Positions 46,614 through 56,323 of a stretch of 64,000 nucleotides of DNA are shown here, one piece after another. Positions within the stretch are counted from its first letter, which is position 1. Every line of letters starts with the position of its first letter. Below the pieces are notes generated by a model. It did not search any database and was not told the DNA's origin. It was given only the letters and a program-made list of their open reading frames with translations. The stretch is from Patescibacteria group bacterium UBA661 (GTDB lineage Bacteria > Patescibacteriota > Minisyncoccia > Phycocordibacterales > UBA918), in assembly GCA_002299465.1 (NCBI GenBank), contig DBNX01000018.1, positions 11,987 through 75,986 of the forward strand, read 5' to 3'. Position numbers and translations under genes: made by a program.

Positions 46614-48332
46614 ATGGAGTACCTTTACAATTCTCGCTTTGCGCCTTCTCAATTCATTCAAGAAAAAATCTTGAAGAATGGGAAAATCTGCGCAGTACAC
46701 GAAACTCCTGATCAAATGGTGAATCGTGTCGTCGGTGCAATCTATGCTGCCGATCAAAAATTCACTACCAGCAAGTTGGCTGGGGCGTTCGCTGATAGCA
46801 TCGGGTCAATGATGGATGCTGGTAGTATTGTCTTCAGTACACCGATCATGACAAATGCTGGTAGGCTGGACTTTCGCAGGCCGCTTTCCGCCTGCACCGT
46901 TCCGCCTGTGAATCTCAATGGCGACTGGTCAAACATCCGCAAGATGGTTGATACTTACCATGCTGAGGCGATGGGAACAGGTTTCAACTTCGATATGGTC
47001 AATGATCCTGTCGAGGTATTGCTAAAACTGAACGAAATCGCTGTAGCGGGAAGCAAAAGTGGCAACGAAGATCGACCGGTTGGCAATATGGGTATTTGCT
47101 CTATCGACCATCCTCAAATCGCAAACTTTGTGGTCGCCAAATCGCTTCGTCGTGGTCTCGACTGGAAATTCAACATATCAGTCGATACCCCCGAGGTCTT
47201 CTGGTTGGCAGCAGAGTCTGCGTCAAACTGGAGACTGCGAGATGGCAGCGCAATATCTGCATCAGCACTACTCGACCTGATCGTAGAGTCAGCACATCAC
47301 TGTGCTGATCCTGGGATTGTGTTCATGGATCGAATCAACCGAGACAATCCGATCCCTGGTGCGGGCAGATATATGAGTATTGCTCCATGTGCCGAAGTAG
47401 GTCTCGTGCCCGGCGAGACTTGTCAATTTGGTTACCTTAACTTGGGTGCTTTTGTGTCAAATAAGACTATCGACATAGAAGCGTTGCAATCAGTCACGGC
47501 ACTGATGACACGGGCCCTGGATGATTGTCTGGAAATCAGCTTGGAAAGTTACCAAGTTGAAGAAAGCAAGGAGGTTGTAGGTTTGCGACGGAAGATAGGT
47601 ATCGGCATTTGCGGCCTTGCCGACATGCTAGTGAAACTGAATATTCCGTATGACAGCGAGGAAGGCAGAGAAATCTCCAGAGACGTTGTCGCATTGATAA
47701 ACTACACTTCTAAGGTAGCCTCACACGAACTAGCACAGGTTCGCGGTTCGTTTCGGGCGATGGATCTCCTTTATGGGTGTCGACACATTGAGGAACCGTC
47801 CTACGTTCAACAGCGTTACGGGAATCACTCTACACGCTGGGTAAGCGAAGCGGATTGGTACAGTCTGGGTAACAAAATTAGAAAAACCAAACAGCTCAGA
47901 CACAGCACTACAATCGCTCTGCCTCCAACGGGAAGGAGTGGGCTGGTTATCAACGCTTCACCTGGTGTTGAGCCTCTGTTCAGTTTCAAAAATCCTGACG
48001 GAGAAATCCGTGAGGTTGTGCGTCAGCTTATCCCTGATAATGAAATCTTGCAGAAGATATCAGAATCAGGGAAGATACCAGCGAGCGTATCCGAAACAAC
48101 CAGACGAGTTCTTGTAACCAGTACAGACATTGCTGCAATCGATCACCTGAAAATGGTGGCGGCTCTGCAAACAGTCGTAGACGAGTCAATTTCAAAGACG
48201 ATCAATCTTCGTGCCGAAGCAACGGTGTCAGAAGTGCGAGAAATCTACGAAAGCGCCTATCGTCTGGGACTGAAGGGTATGACGATGTACCGTGAAGGTT
48301 CTTCAATATCCCAACCAGTACGACTGAAATGA
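46614..48332 (+). CDS. Divergent class II (B12-type) ribonucleotide reductase-like protein
   Basis: TPIMTNAG, SAC, FNISV, DPG, APCAE, TCQFGYLNL, RKIGIG, PTG, SISKTIN, KGMTMYREGS (no YY pair). Confidence 0.88.
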   Translation: MEYLYNSRFAPSQFIQEKILKNGKICAVHETPDQMVNRVVGAIYAADQKFTTSKLAGAFADSIGSMMDAGSIVFSTPIMTNAGRLDFRRPLSACTVPPVNLNGDWSNIRKMVDTYHAEAMGTGFNFDMVNDPVEVLLKLNEIAVAGSKSGNEDRPVGNMGICSIDHPQIANFVVAKSLRRGLDWKFNISVDTPEVFWLAAESASNWRLRDGSAISASALLDLIVESAHHCADPGIVFMDRINRDNPIPGAGRYMSIAPCAEVGLVPGETCQFGYLNLGAFVSNKTIDIEALQSVTALMTRALDDCLEISLESYQVEESKEVVGLRRKIGIGICGLADMLVKLNIPYDSEEGREISRDVVALINYTSKVASHELAQVRGSFRAMDLLYGCRHIEEPSYVQQRYGNHSTRWVSEADWYSLGNKIRKTKQLRHSTTIALPPTGRSGLVINASPGVEPLFSFKNPDGEIREVVRQLIPDNEILQKISESGKIPASVSETTRRVLVTSTDIAAIDHLKMVAALQTVVDESISKTINLRAEATVSEVREIYESAYRLGLKGMTMYREGSSISQPVRLK

Positions 48333-48333
48333 G

Positions 48334-48366
48334 AAACGCCCGGCAGGTTTGCCGGGCGTCTTTTTT
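48334..48366. terminator. Terminator between the RNR-like and CYTH genes
   Basis: acgcccggca..tgccgggcgt flanked by A and T runs. Confidence 0.8.
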
Positions 48367-48964
48367 AGAAAGTGATTTCTTGGTTAAAGGCTCTTTGATT
48401 CATGATTATGTTTGTAACGCTTTTGGGTACAATTTCATCTTCGCCTAATCCGAGATCGTTAATCAGCAAATTTCTAATCTTAATTTTGCTGGCTTCTTCC
48501 TCGCCAGGCATACACATGATTTCAACCTCGATCGCACCCCCAAAATCAGTGATCTCTTCTACCAGGATTTCCATGTCGCCAAATTCGTATATGTGACGAT
48601 GCTTCTCTAGCTCAAAAAATGGTTTGAACTCTGTAGTGGCAAGTATGAGTGCGGCCTCCCGAAAATTATCAATTTTTATCTCATGCTCTTCCCACGCATT
48701 ATGGTCACCTTCGTTAGTAATTGTCTTGGTGTTAAGACTAATTACTTCAGTGTCACCTTTTCGCGCAACACGCAGACGAAGACTGTATGAGCCAACTTTA
48801 TCCATTTCTACATCGGCGACAGAGGTAGCTTTTTTTTCACAAAAATATACATCTTTTAGGTAAGAAGAATTTTTATATTCAGCTCCTTTTTCCTTTAACT
48901 TTTCTTGAAATCCTTTTGGATCATTCACTAAAGCACGTAATTCCACCTCAATATTTTTTTCCAT
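48365..48964 (-). CDS. CYTH-domain triphosphate tunnel metalloenzyme (CyaB-like)
   Basis: IEVELRA, DVYF, LRLR, EEHE, LEKHR, IEVE. Confidence 0.85.
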   Translation of the reverse strand: MEKNIEVELRALVNDPKGFQEKLKEKGAEYKNSSYLKDVYFCEKKATSVADVEMDKVGSYSLRLRVARKGDTEVISLNTKTITNEGDHNAWEEHEIKIDNFREAALILATTEFKPFFELEKHRHIYEFGDMEILVEEITDFGGAIEVEIMCMPGEEEASKIKIRNLLINDLGLGEDEIVPKSVTNIIMNQRAFNQEITF

Positions 48965-49070
48965 ATTAAACATGATTTTAACATAAATTCAGATTTTTTA
49001 GCGGTGATCACAGGATATTGCCAGGCTAAAATGCCAAACAATGCCAAATTTTGTGATGTATAATAGACAC

Positions 49071-49847
49071 ATGACTGTAGGAGAACAAATATACAAACAG
49101 GCAGTGGAGGCAGGATACAGCCCTGCTTTTGCTAGTACCTTAGTTTCACCTGCAAACGAGGCTTTTAAATCAATCCAAGAGCTTTCTGGATCTCTTAAAA
49201 AACCGATGAAAATGATGGCTGAAGCATTTAAAACTATTCAGCCTCATCTTAAAGTAATCGAGGAAATGAATCTTCCAGAAAAGCTGAAGTACTTTCAAGA
49301 ACCAATTGCAGGGATAACTCTTCCAGAACTAATTGCAGAGAGGTCATCATTAATACCAAGCTCTTTTTACGGTGAAGATAATGAATTATTGATACCTCAA
49401 TATACTAACCCTGTTCAGGAAGTTCGAATTGTAAATGTAGATGAAATTGCAGGTGCCCAAATAAAACGGGAGAAGGATTATCTCGTTGGTTCATACCACC
49501 TACCGCAAAACGCTGTCTGGGAATCTCTTGAAATCCAGTTTATAGATGGTCATTTCGTAAAGGTTTCATATCTCGGTATGGAGTCAAAGAAGTTTGATTA
49601 TAAGGACATGGGCTTTATCAATATGAAAACCATGCGACCAGACCATAAATGGCAATTACTCTTAGCTATAGCTGAAAATGGCGGTGCTCTCACTAATGCG
49701 AAATGGGACCGTAAGTTTGCACGAAACGTTAAATATGAGCTAAATCGGGGTCTTAAGCGTTTCTTTGGTATGTCCTCAAACCCGATTCCTCACTACACCA
49801 AGCAGCACGGCTACCGAGTCCTCTTTACCCTCCGACCAGAAAAATAG
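49071..49847 (+). CDS. Hypothetical protein, possibly with C-terminal DNA-binding domain
   Basis: 258 aa; TATAAT 6 nt before the ATG. Confidence 0.65.
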   Translation: MTVGEQIYKQAVEAGYSPAFASTLVSPANEAFKSIQELSGSLKKPMKMMAEAFKTIQPHLKVIEEMNLPEKLKYFQEPIAGITLPELIAERSSLIPSSFYGEDNELLIPQYTNPVQEVRIVNVDEIAGAQIKREKDYLVGSYHLPQNAVWESLEIQFIDGHFVKVSYLGMESKKFDYKDMGFINMKTMRPDHKWQLLLAIAENGGALTNAKWDRKFARNVKYELNRGLKRFFGMSSNPIPHYTKQHGYRVLFTLRPEK

Positions 49848-49867
49848 TCATTTGGTATGAAATGACG

Positions 49868-49910
49868 AAATAAAGACCTTCTGCATGTACCTGCAGAAGG
49901 TCTTTATTTT
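49868..49910. terminator. Hairpin terminator flanked by GTCATT repeats
   Basis: aaataaagaccttctgca..tgcagaaggtctttattt. Confidence 0.75.
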
Positions 49911-50023
49911 TAGAGGTTATTTTGTCATTTAATCTGATCCCCTAGAGTGAGAATGTCATTTTGTCATTCAATGACGAATAAGGGTAAGAAGAGCTTAGTA
50001 AAACCCTCTTCCACATTCTCTTA

Positions 50024-51307
50024 ATGGAAACACAAAAGTTAACGTGGTCATCCACCACTCGTAAGGTAAAGGACCTTACACCAAATGGATACAACCCGAG
50101 AAAGATAAGCAATGATCAAAAGCACGACCTGCAGAAATCGATTGAGCAGTTTGGTGCGGTAGTGCCAGTTGTACTGAATATCGGTTCCCGAGCTAATACC
50201 CTCATCGGAGGAGAACAGCGACTAAAAATCTATGCTGACCTCGGCTATACCGAAGTCGAGTGTATGATCCCGTCACGAGAGCTGACTCTCGCTGAAGAGC
50301 AAGAACTAAACCTTCGTTTAAACAAAAATACAGGAGCATGGGATGAAGAGCTTTTAAAGAACTTTGATCTTTCTCTGTTGCTTGATGTGGGATTTAACGA
50401 GGATGAGATACAAGACTTTTTTGACGATGTCGAAATTGCTGATGATGATTATGATGTTGAGAAAGGACTGGAGGAAAATGCCACTCCAAGGGTAAAGGCT
50501 GGAGAGATATGGCAACTCGGTGACCATCGCCTACTCGTGGGCGACTCGACTGATAAAGAGTTGGTCGCTAAACTGATGGGCGAAACGAAGGCCCACTTCA
50601 TCTATCAAGATATGCCCTATAACATTGGGCTTTCCTATGACAAAGGTATCAGTAACCAAAAGCAGTATGGTGGCGAGTATTCAAGCTCAAAGGACTCGAT
50701 GAGTGATGAGAAGTACTACGCTTTTATTGAAGCTAGTATTAGTACTGCCAAATCTATTGCCCACACCAATGCCCACTGGCTGTACTGGTGCGATGCTCGC
50801 AATATAGGATCAATTCAAGATCTATACAAACAGTACGGTATTCATTTTAGGCGTGTCTGCTATTGGGTAAAGAACAACCAAAACATGACGCCTCAGGTGG
50901 CATTTAACCGAGTGCACGAGCCAGCTGTCTATGGCACTACTGGTAAAGCGTACCTAAACAATAACCTCAAGAACGTAAACGAGATCTTGAATCAGGAAGT
51001 GACGACTGGAAATCAGCTTCATAACGAGTTGCTCGATATGATCGACCTCTGGATTGTGAAGCGTGACAATGTGCAAGGGTACCTACACCCGACCCAGAAG
51101 CCGGTTGGTCTGAGCGAAAAGCCAATCAAACGATGTACCGCTCCCGGTCACGTTGTGTTCTCTGGTTTTGGTGGAAGTGGGAGCGATTTGATTGCCTGCG
51201 AGCAGTTACACCGAAAGTGGTATGGGGTTGAACAAGACCTTGTCTTTGCGAGTGTCATCATCGACCGCTGGGAGAAATTTACCAAGCTAACCGCCAAGCG
51301 AGTATGA
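50024..51307 (+). CDS. ParB-N fused N6A/N4C DNA methyltransferase (beta type)
   Basis: YNPRKIS..SIEQFG..GGEQR; WQLGDHRL..GDS; DMPY; HPTQKP; FGGSGS. Confidence 0.9.
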   Translation: METQKLTWSSTTRKVKDLTPNGYNPRKISNDQKHDLQKSIEQFGAVVPVVLNIGSRANTLIGGEQRLKIYADLGYTEVECMIPSRELTLAEEQELNLRLNKNTGAWDEELLKNFDLSLLLDVGFNEDEIQDFFDDVEIADDDYDVEKGLEENATPRVKAGEIWQLGDHRLLVGDSTDKELVAKLMGETKAHFIYQDMPYNIGLSYDKGISNQKQYGGEYSSSKDSMSDEKYYAFIEASISTAKSIAHTNAHWLYWCDARNIGSIQDLYKQYGIHFRRVCYWVKNNQNMTPQVAFNRVHEPAVYGTTGKAYLNNNLKNVNEILNQEVTTGNQLHNELLDMIDLWIVKRDNVQGYLHPTQKPVGLSEKPIKRCTAPGHVVFSGFGGSGSDLIACEQLHRKWYGVEQDLVFASVIIDRWEKFTKLTAKRV

Positions 51308-52077
51308 AAACCGTAATGACTGGAGATATCTATTCTGTTGGAAGTCACATAGTTGGGTGCGGCGATTCACTCGATAAGGACTTTGTTGCCAAGGTAGTGG
51401 GTACACACAAAATTCAAGCGGTTGTGACCGATCCGCCGTATGGAGTGGCGTATGTTGAGAACAAAGTAGGAGTAGCTCAGCTTGGCAAAAAGGATGCCAA
51501 GGCTATCAAAGGCGATCACATTCAAACTGAGTACGAATACGCTCGCTTTACCCAGTCATGGGTTGAGGCAGTATTACCTCACCTCGACTCATACAACACC
51601 TTCCATATCTTCAACTGTGACAGTATGTTCCTCGCTCTTCGGACAGGTATGCAAACCGCAGGGCTACACTTCAGCCAGATGTTGATCTGGATTAAGAATC
51701 AGTCTGTTATGGGACGAATGGACTATCTGCCACAGCAAGAGTTGATTGCCTATGGTTGGTATAAAAAGCACAAGCGGATTAAGGCACAAATGAGCAGTGC
51801 GATTTATCATCCGCGACCACAGAAGTCGAAGCTCCATCCTACGCAAAAACCAATAGGCCTCTTACGCCGACTTATCTTGAATGTCACTAATGTTAACGAC
51901 TGTGTCTACGACGGCTTCTTAGGGAGTGGTAGTACAGCCCTTGCTTCTGAACAGCTCGGTAGAACCTGTATTGGTATTGAGCAGGATGCTGAGTATGTAG
52001 AAATATGTCTGAAGCGACTGGAAAAGCTCACTAAGAAAGAGCGGGTATTAATCATGAGCCATGAACCGACCCCATAA
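51304..52077 (+). CDS. N6A/N4C DNA methyltransferase (beta type)
   Basis: TDPPYG, HPTQKP, DGFLGSGST. Confidence 0.92.
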   Translation: MKTVMTGDIYSVGSHIVGCGDSLDKDFVAKVVGTHKIQAVVTDPPYGVAYVENKVGVAQLGKKDAKAIKGDHIQTEYEYARFTQSWVEAVLPHLDSYNTFHIFNCDSMFLALRTGMQTAGLHFSQMLIWIKNQSVMGRMDYLPQQELIAYGWYKKHKRIKAQMSSAIYHPRPQKSKLHPTQKPIGLLRRLILNVTNVNDCVYDGFLGSGSTALASEQLGRTCIGIEQDAEYVEICLKRLEKLTKKERVLIMSHEPTP

Positions 52078-52447
52078 TGAAAAACCGCATATTGGCGTCT
52101 ACCGCAAGCAGGACTTTGTTACCTATGTCACATGGAAGTCACTCCCTACGTTTCTACGAGGTCAACCTGAAACGGTCCTTCGCAAAATGGGTATTGATGA
52201 CGATATGGCAATTGAGCTTCTTCAGATCAAAACCCAGCGAGACTTTGCTGAGCGATTTGGTATTAAAGACCTCGGGACGCTGACTGACTGGAATAAGCGA
52301 ATTGAGGATGAGGGCTTAGTTGAGCATATCAATACATGGGCACGGAAGCTGACACCAAACGTCGTCTTGGCTTTGTATAAAAATGTCACAAAGCATGGAA
52401 AGTCGAAGGAGGTAAAGACGTGGTTTGAAATAATCGAAAACTTTTAA
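52061..52447 (+). CDS. HTH-containing hypothetical protein
   Basis: TQRDFAERFGIKDLGTLTDW. Confidence 0.6.
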   Translation: MNRPHNEKPHIGVYRKQDFVTYVTWKSLPTFLRGQPETVLRKMGIDDDMAIELLQIKTQRDFAERFGIKDLGTLTDWNKRIEDEGLVEHINTWARKLTPNVVLALYKNVTKHGKSKEVKTWFEIIENF

Positions 52448-52449
52448 GT

Positions 52450-52662
52450 ATGAACGAAACTAAAACATCACTAGGACTAGCTGAGGTAAATGAGATCCTC
52501 TCGACTGCTTTACTACAGGTCACGACTGGCAAGATTTCTCCAAAACGAGCACAGGTAATTTCTCGGATCGCATTGGCTCTCTCAAAGAACATCGCAAACG
52601 TTGAACTCAAGCAAAGAATTGATGTCCTCGAACAGATGCTGCTGGAACGTAAAAGAAAATGA
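52450..52662 (+). CDS. Small helical hypothetical protein
   Basis: Operon-packed ORF with ATGA overlap. Confidence 0.6.
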   Translation: MNETKTSLGLAEVNEILSTALLQVTTGKISPKRAQVISRIALALSKNIANVELKQRIDVLEQMLLERKRK

Positions 52663-54128
52663 AAGATTTAACTAAGATAATTCAAAAAGGAAATCTGACA
52701 CCTCGGGAACGAGCATTATTGATAGTGAGACACGATGCCCAGCTGGAGCAGACAGGTAAGGCTTTACTGAGTGAGGCTGATTTGGTGGCTTTGACTAACT
52801 GGAGACCGGTCACTAACTATGAAGCCGAGCAATACAACAAAGTGATCACGCTCTGGGATCTGTATCAGAAACTACAAATTGATATGCAGACCTGCTATCT
52901 GACTACTCAATTAGCTTTGTCCCGTCTGCAGAATTCAGCCAGCTTGCTCTACCATAGAAGCGATAGTTTTAAGCAGTCACGACCTAATATCAATAGCCGT
53001 CTTTGGGTCGAGAATGATGCAGAATTTCAAGCATACTTTTTAGAGCATTCAGGCTATGAGTATGACCGTCTGACCCATCTTTATACATTTCACTCCCTAC
53101 CAAGCACTATCCAAAAAGACATCCTACTCCTAGATCCTAGTGTGAAGTATGACCATACGTATTTCTCTCAAGAAGAGCAGATCGCAAGAATCATGGGTGG
53201 TAAAAAGACCTTAAACGCCGAAGGTGTTGAAGCTCTCACAAAAGCGATTGTAGACTCAATACCGTGTGGTCATGAGCTTAGGTTACCAAACGCTCAAATA
53301 AGCTTCAGAGAAGTCATTTTCAATCTACACTTCGCTGGCTATCCAATTATGGAGTTCGGCAGGCGTCTGGCTTCTCGCCACAACATTACGTATCAAAGTG
53401 AGGATGAATTGCGAGACAAGTTAAGTGAGATAGATGACTTGCAGTATAAGCTTGAAAAGGTTGTTCGCGATGCCGTTAGTGACGGGTCATTTTTCGATGA
53501 CTTTACGCCTTTATGTCTGAGTCACGGTCACCTTACTCACGAAGGCAAAACTAGACTTCCACACGACAGACTCATGCACGAATGGATACAAGCTAAAGAT
53601 ACAGTACTTAAAACTCTAGAAACCCATATCGATACTGGCGAATTGGAAGTCCGTGAATGTCCGACACGATTTTTTGAGGTAAGTATAAATAAAACATACG
53701 TCACCGGCACAAGCCTAAGTCAGGCAAACCTTTCGCTTCCGTTCCTTAAAGATTTCCAATCACAGATAGATGAATATTCACATTACTGTCTTCCGGTATT
53801 TTTACTACACAAAGCAACTGCTTTTGAGAACTACCAGTACCTGCTCAAATTTAAAGAGATCAGTCTAGAGCTATCTGAACTACTTGGAGTGGATCTGTCG
53901 CAAACCATAGAGAGTCACCTTGAAGCCGTTCGTGAATCGGTTGATACTCTAAATTTTTATCTGCGACAAATATCTGATCTTAGGTTAGAAAAGGTTTATA
54001 AGTCAGACATCGAGTATCCCTTACAAGTCTTTATACCTGATCCAAGCCTAGTACTCAGTGGTTTACCGCCTAAACAAAATGAAAGCCTTGAGATCTTTAG
54101 TGAGAAACTAGAATCTCTCGTACGTTAA
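52659..54128 (+). CDS. Hypothetical protein (489 aa)
   Basis: Long ORF coupled to the previous gene. Confidence 0.7.
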   Translation: MKDLTKIIQKGNLTPRERALLIVRHDAQLEQTGKALLSEADLVALTNWRPVTNYEAEQYNKVITLWDLYQKLQIDMQTCYLTTQLALSRLQNSASLLYHRSDSFKQSRPNINSRLWVENDAEFQAYFLEHSGYEYDRLTHLYTFHSLPSTIQKDILLLDPSVKYDHTYFSQEEQIARIMGGKKTLNAEGVEALTKAIVDSIPCGHELRLPNAQISFREVIFNLHFAGYPIMEFGRRLASRHNITYQSEDELRDKLSEIDDLQYKLEKVVRDAVSDGSFFDDFTPLCLSHGHLTHEGKTRLPHDRLMHEWIQAKDTVLKTLETHIDTGELEVRECPTRFFEVSINKTYVTGTSLSQANLSLPFLKDFQSQIDEYSHYCLPVFLLHKATAFENYQYLLKFKEISLELSELLGVDLSQTIESHLEAVRESVDTLNFYLRQISDLRLEKVYKSDIEYPLQVFIPDPSLVLSGLPPKQNESLEIFSEKLESLVR

Positions 54129-54790
54129 GCAACTTTTTCAGTATAGTCACACTTCGGATACGTACTGCATCCAAGGAATGCTCCGTATTTACCATTTCTT
54201 TTTACTAGATCACTCCCGCACTTTGGACAGAAGTGGGTGGTACTTACAGGGACTAAGGGAACATCCACCATCTTCATATATTCCATTAGTTTGAATTTAT
54301 CGACGAGTTCAATCGGCTTGTCCTCAGCAAACTTTTCAGCATCTAGGGTAAAGACATTGGTGGTAATAAAGAAAGACTTTCCGCCATCGATTCTATCCGC
54401 AATAGCTCCGTAAAAATCCCGAACCGCTCCGACTGGTACTTTAGAGGTAATAAACTTCTTGCACTGGATGTAGTGGGCGTGACCGTCTTTCTCCGCCTCC
54501 ACATCTACACCACCATCACCTTTACCGCCCGTTACTCGAGTCTTGTATCCAAGACGCTGGAACAAAACAGCAATGTAGTCTTCAAATTGTGCAGGAGTTA
54601 GCTTCTGTAATTCTTGCACTTTCTTTTTACCTAAGAGCCACTTGATTTGGCTTCGGCGACTCATGAGATCGACTACAATACGAAAAGCTAGAGCGAGAAC
54701 CACAATGCCAATCATCATGAAATACAGCTCTTTCATTGCCCACATGCCCTGTAGTATTGGTATTAATAGGTTTGATGAGGAAAACTCCAT
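54125..54790 (-). CDS. Membrane-anchored Mrr-like endonuclease with topoisomerase-type Zn ribbon
   Basis: TM; QFEDYIA.LF..GY, GDGGVD..IQCK; CPKC..GKYG.FLGCS.YPKC. Confidence 0.88.
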   Translation of the reverse strand: MEFSSSNLLIPILQGMWAMKELYFMMIGIVVLALAFRIVVDLMSRRSQIKWLLGKKKVQELQKLTPAQFEDYIAVLFQRLGYKTRVTGGKGDGGVDVEAEKDGHAHYIQCKKFITSKVPVGAVRDFYGAIADRIDGGKSFFITTNVFTLDAEKFAEDKPIELVDKFKLMEYMKMVDVPLVPVSTTHFCPKCGSDLVKRNGKYGAFLGCSTYPKCDYTEKVA

Positions 54791-54811
54791 ATCTAGTATG
54801 ATAGCAGATGA

Positions 54812-56320
54812 CTATATCTGCTTAATTACTTTCCAGATTTCAACCATCGCCAAAGTGTCCAAGTGACAATATTTTCGCAAGGCTTGAATTTTACCCTCAG
54901 CTTCCTCTTTTGAATATTCACCAGATACAATTCGATTCCACGTATCAGCCGCAGCACCTCCTTCTTGAATCTCTAACTCTTTGTAAGATAACTCAGGCAC
55001 TAAGGCTGGCAAGACAAATTTAATCGATGACTTACCAAGAAAGTTCGGATGCCAATATACAGCAGTCTTTCCATCAAACGGTTCGATAAGGTCAACAATT
55101 CTATCCTGAACGCTTGTAATAAAAGTAGCATCTGAGGGTAGTCTCTGAGCAATCTGATCGTTGATTCCTTTCTCAAACCTTTCGCTCCAAACCAACACAC
55201 TACCAGTAGGAGGTAAGTGTCTTTTCATCGCTTCAACAAATTGTTGGTCTGGATTTGAATTATCAATGTGAAGAAAATCTGCGTGCTGAATCTCACCGCC
55301 CTCTTCGTGAATTATATGAAGTGAGAACTGGAATGGTATCTGCTGGTAGGGGCGGTAACCAGAAAATCTTGGTATTGCTGACGGGTATGTCTCGTAATCA
55401 ATAAAAGCCAACGGGTACTCTAATTTACTCAAGAAGGCCTCGAGCCCTTCTTGATCAATTATGGTTCTGCCTGACTGAGCCACGTCAACCTGTTTGCGCT
55501 GGTTATCCGATAATTCAAAATCATGAGGCACATGTTGAATATCAATTACTTCACTTTCAACTAGAGCTGAGAGCTTCTTAGGACTTAATCCTATTCGAGA
55601 AATTTGGTGCACTGAGTATTCAGGGGTGTCAGGATTTGAGTACCAGAAAGTGGTGCAGTGGTTACTCTTTGATTTAATCCAGCAATCACAGTGACCTGCA
55701 GGTTCTTCGACTCGATTTATATACTCATGAACTCCTGCCATCTGACTAGAAATATCATCAACTATAGCCTCAACATCCTCGGTTATATCTTTGATTATAA
55801 AAAGTTCTTTGATCGAAAGGTCTCCTGAGCGTACATAACTTTTGTCGAGTCTGACCAAATGAAGTTTACCGACTGGTATGGCAAGATTATCCATAACAAT
55901 CTTTTGAAACGCAACGTCATTTTTATATTCCTCAGCTCGTCTGCCTCCCTCGCCTTCGTGGGTAGCGGTTGAAGACTTTACCTCATACAGATCGTAGACT
56001 TCAGTCTGGTTATTCCAGACGATAATGTCAGCAATTGCTGAGTACTTATCGCTGATAAAGACTGGCTGGTAAATAATTGGTGTACGTTTAGCAATAAGTT
56101 CATTAGTATACGCAGAATCTGTACGGTCTTCGACCAGCACACCACCAGGGAATAGCTCTCTAGCAAGAGCGTCGATCTCATTACCCGTATCGATAATATT
56201 TAACTCAAAAGCAGATAACTCTTTGGCGTGATAAATATCTGGCTTGTGAACCTTTAACCAAGCATTTTTATTGCAGTTTTTAGATATTAGAAAATCAGTT
56301 TTAGTTAAAATATGATTCAT
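54812..56320 (-). CDS. DUF2779-type protein (PD-(D/E)XK plus RNase H-like domains)
   Basis: ADII..YEVKSS; FIDYET; PYQQIPFQFSLH; SIKFVLPAL; YCHLDT. Confidence 0.8.
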   Translation of the reverse strand: MNHILTKTDFLISKNCNKNAWLKVHKPDIYHAKELSAFELNIIDTGNEIDALARELFPGGVLVEDRTDSAYTNELIAKRTPIIYQPVFISDKYSAIADIIVWNNQTEVYDLYEVKSSTATHEGEGGRRAEEYKNDVAFQKIVMDNLAIPVGKLHLVRLDKSYVRSGDLSIKELFIIKDITEDVEAIVDDISSQMAGVHEYINRVEEPAGHCDCWIKSKSNHCTTFWYSNPDTPEYSVHQISRIGLSPKKLSALVESEVIDIQHVPHDFELSDNQRKQVDVAQSGRTIIDQEGLEAFLSKLEYPLAFIDYETYPSAIPRFSGYRPYQQIPFQFSLHIIHEEGGEIQHADFLHIDNSNPDQQFVEAMKRHLPPTGSVLVWSERFEKGINDQIAQRLPSDATFITSVQDRIVDLIEPFDGKTAVYWHPNFLGKSSIKFVLPALVPELSYKELEIQEGGAAADTWNRIVSGEYSKEEAEGKIQALRKYCHLDTLAMVEIWKVIKQI

Positions 56321-56323
56321 AAA

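Noticed and set aside
50024-54128. Prophage
   Set aside because: No terminase large subunit, portal, capsid or tail genes recognised
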